Positions 62,300-64,000 of a stretch of 64,000 bases of DNA are shown one piece after another. The notes under the pieces are model-generated. The model was not told where the DNA came from. It worked only from the letters and a program-made list of their open reading frames with translations, and ran no database searches. Within the stretch, counting starts at the first letter, position 1. Each line of letters starts with the position of its first letter. Made by a program: the position numbers and the translations under genes. The DNA comes from the human T2T-CHM13v2.0 reference genome, Homo sapiens, in the NCBI RefSeq assembly GCF_009914755.1, contig NC_060937.1; one strand, written 5' to 3'.

Positions 62300-62590
62300 A
62301 GACAAGTGCAGTGGGTCACACCTGTAATCCCAGTGCTTTGAGAGAATGAGGCAGGAGGACCTCTTGAGGCCAGGAATACGAGACCAGCCTGGGCAGCATA
62401 ACAAGACCCTGTCTCTACAAAAAATTTAAAAATTAGGCATAGTGGCGCACGCCTGCTGTCCTAACTACTCGAGAGATAAGGTTGGAAGATTGCTTGAGCC
62501 CAAAAATTTGAGGCTGCAGTGAGCTATGGTCATACCAGTGCACTCCAGCCTGGGCGATAAAGCGAGACCCTGTCTCAAAATAAAATTAAA
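62300..62590 (+). mobile_element. AluJ
   Basis: Diverged dimeric Alu. Confidence 0.85.
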
Positions 62591-62884
62591 TTTAAAAAGA
62601 GCATTGGAGATGAGGTGTCTGTATACTTTGTCATCTTTCAAACTGGAATACAGTGAAAGAACTCTAACACTTACTTCAAGACAACTGATGTAAAGCAAGA
62701 CTGTCTAGCCCAGGCAAACTTCCTGTCTTCCCCCATTTTACCTAGGCTGTCCAATCTGTTTAATCAAAGAAGAAATAGACCTAACTCTTTTCAGAGAAGT
62801 AATCAGCTCAGTAATTAAAATTAAAACTTTTAGCCTGACATTTAAACCTTATATATCTGAGAGTTAAAAATTTCTCTCTAAGTT

Positions 62885-63105
62885 GAACACATGGACACAG
62901 AGAGGGGAACCTCACACACCAGGGCCTGCGACAGGCCCCGGGCCAAGGGGAGGGAGAGCATTAGGACAAATACCTAATGCATGCAGGGCTTAAAACCTAG
63001 GTAATGGGTTTATAGGTGCACCAAACCACCATGGCACATGTATACCGATGTAACAAACCTGCACATTCTGCACATGTATCCCACATCTTAAAGTAAAAAT
63101 TTTTT
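62885..63105 (+). mobile_element. 5'-truncated L1PA 3' end
   Basis: gaacacatggacacagagagggg...cttaaagta; TSD aaaaatttct(ct)ctaagtt. Confidence 0.9.
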
Positions 63106-64000
63106 AAAAATTTCTCTAAGTTAATTTAAATCATTTGTGCAGCAGTTATGGCAATTTCACAAATAGGAAGAGTTCACATATTATACTTAAAAGAAACCAG
63201 GCAGTAGAATTTATAAGCAGTGTGATAAGCATTACCTGTCTTTACTTGCCAGTTAAGTTTTTATGAAAATAATTTTATTCTGTGTACTTCATAGAGTGTA
63301 AGTTTCTAATAGAGCACACATCTAGGTTTGTACATCTCTTTTCAAATTGTTTTCAATAAATACTGTTTATGGTGGGTACATTTTAACTAATACAGCATTG
63401 ATCTTTTCTAACACATTTGCAGAGGAAGATACTCATTACTGTTTTAGTGTGACTCAGAACACAAAAAGTGCTATTTATGATTGGATAACCAGACCCTGAA
63501 TTATAAGTAGCTTATATTTCAAAAGTTAATTTGTAACTGCAATCTGTAAACCCCACCTCCATAAATCAATTAAATTGATTTTATATGCAGCAGTGACCCC
63601 TTTGGTCAGGACCAAAAAAGCCTATCTAATTTATAATGTGCCTGTAATACTAACAGTATCTTAGTGATAGGAACTAACTACCATGGGAAGATATTTTTAG
63701 GCAGGGACACATTTCTCTGCTTCAGTGGGAAATGGATTCCTTTCTCTATATGACAGATTGTAAGATTGGAGACTGTTTTAAAATTATTGGGTAGAGGTTT
63801 TAAAAACACAGGAAAGGATAAAGGGAACCAGACAGAAAATAAGAAGGCTCTCCCCTCTTTATGTTTTTGACTGTCCAAAATTACAAGATGGAATATGGGT
63901 GGAAGGAATAGTAGTGAGCAAGGGAACTGGGGTTGAAGTCTTTGTAAAATCAACATGCCTTCACTCTGAGCAAGAGAAGACAAGAAAAGACTTCTGGAGT

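Overview
AT-rich primate (human-like) genomic DNA, almost entirely intronic. The only supportable host coding sequence is a 76-bp + strand exon (60592-60667) encoding VILVQVNPGEAFTIRREDGQFQCIT-G, which I recognise as an early coding exon of FNDC3A; the rest is FNDC3A intron. On the - strand lies a long, decayed processed pseudogene of the checkpoint clamp-loader RAD17 (about 28970-40115; probably RAD17P2). It is split near its start codon by a MER4-family LTR, which is split by a near full-length L1PB, which carries an Alu. The window starts inside a young L1PA3-like element whose antisense promoter and intact ORF0 point in the FNDC3A sense direction. The remainder is Alu, L1, L2, MIR, LTR and DNA-transposon remnants plus microsatellites. 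Nearly all listed ORFs are repeat-derived or chance. I found no convincing new multi-gene system; the best leads are the ORF0/antisense-promoter configuration, the nested RAD17 retrocopy and several small retroposition or repair scars. Gene and repeat names come from recalled sequences, not database searches, and old-repeat boundaries are approximate.
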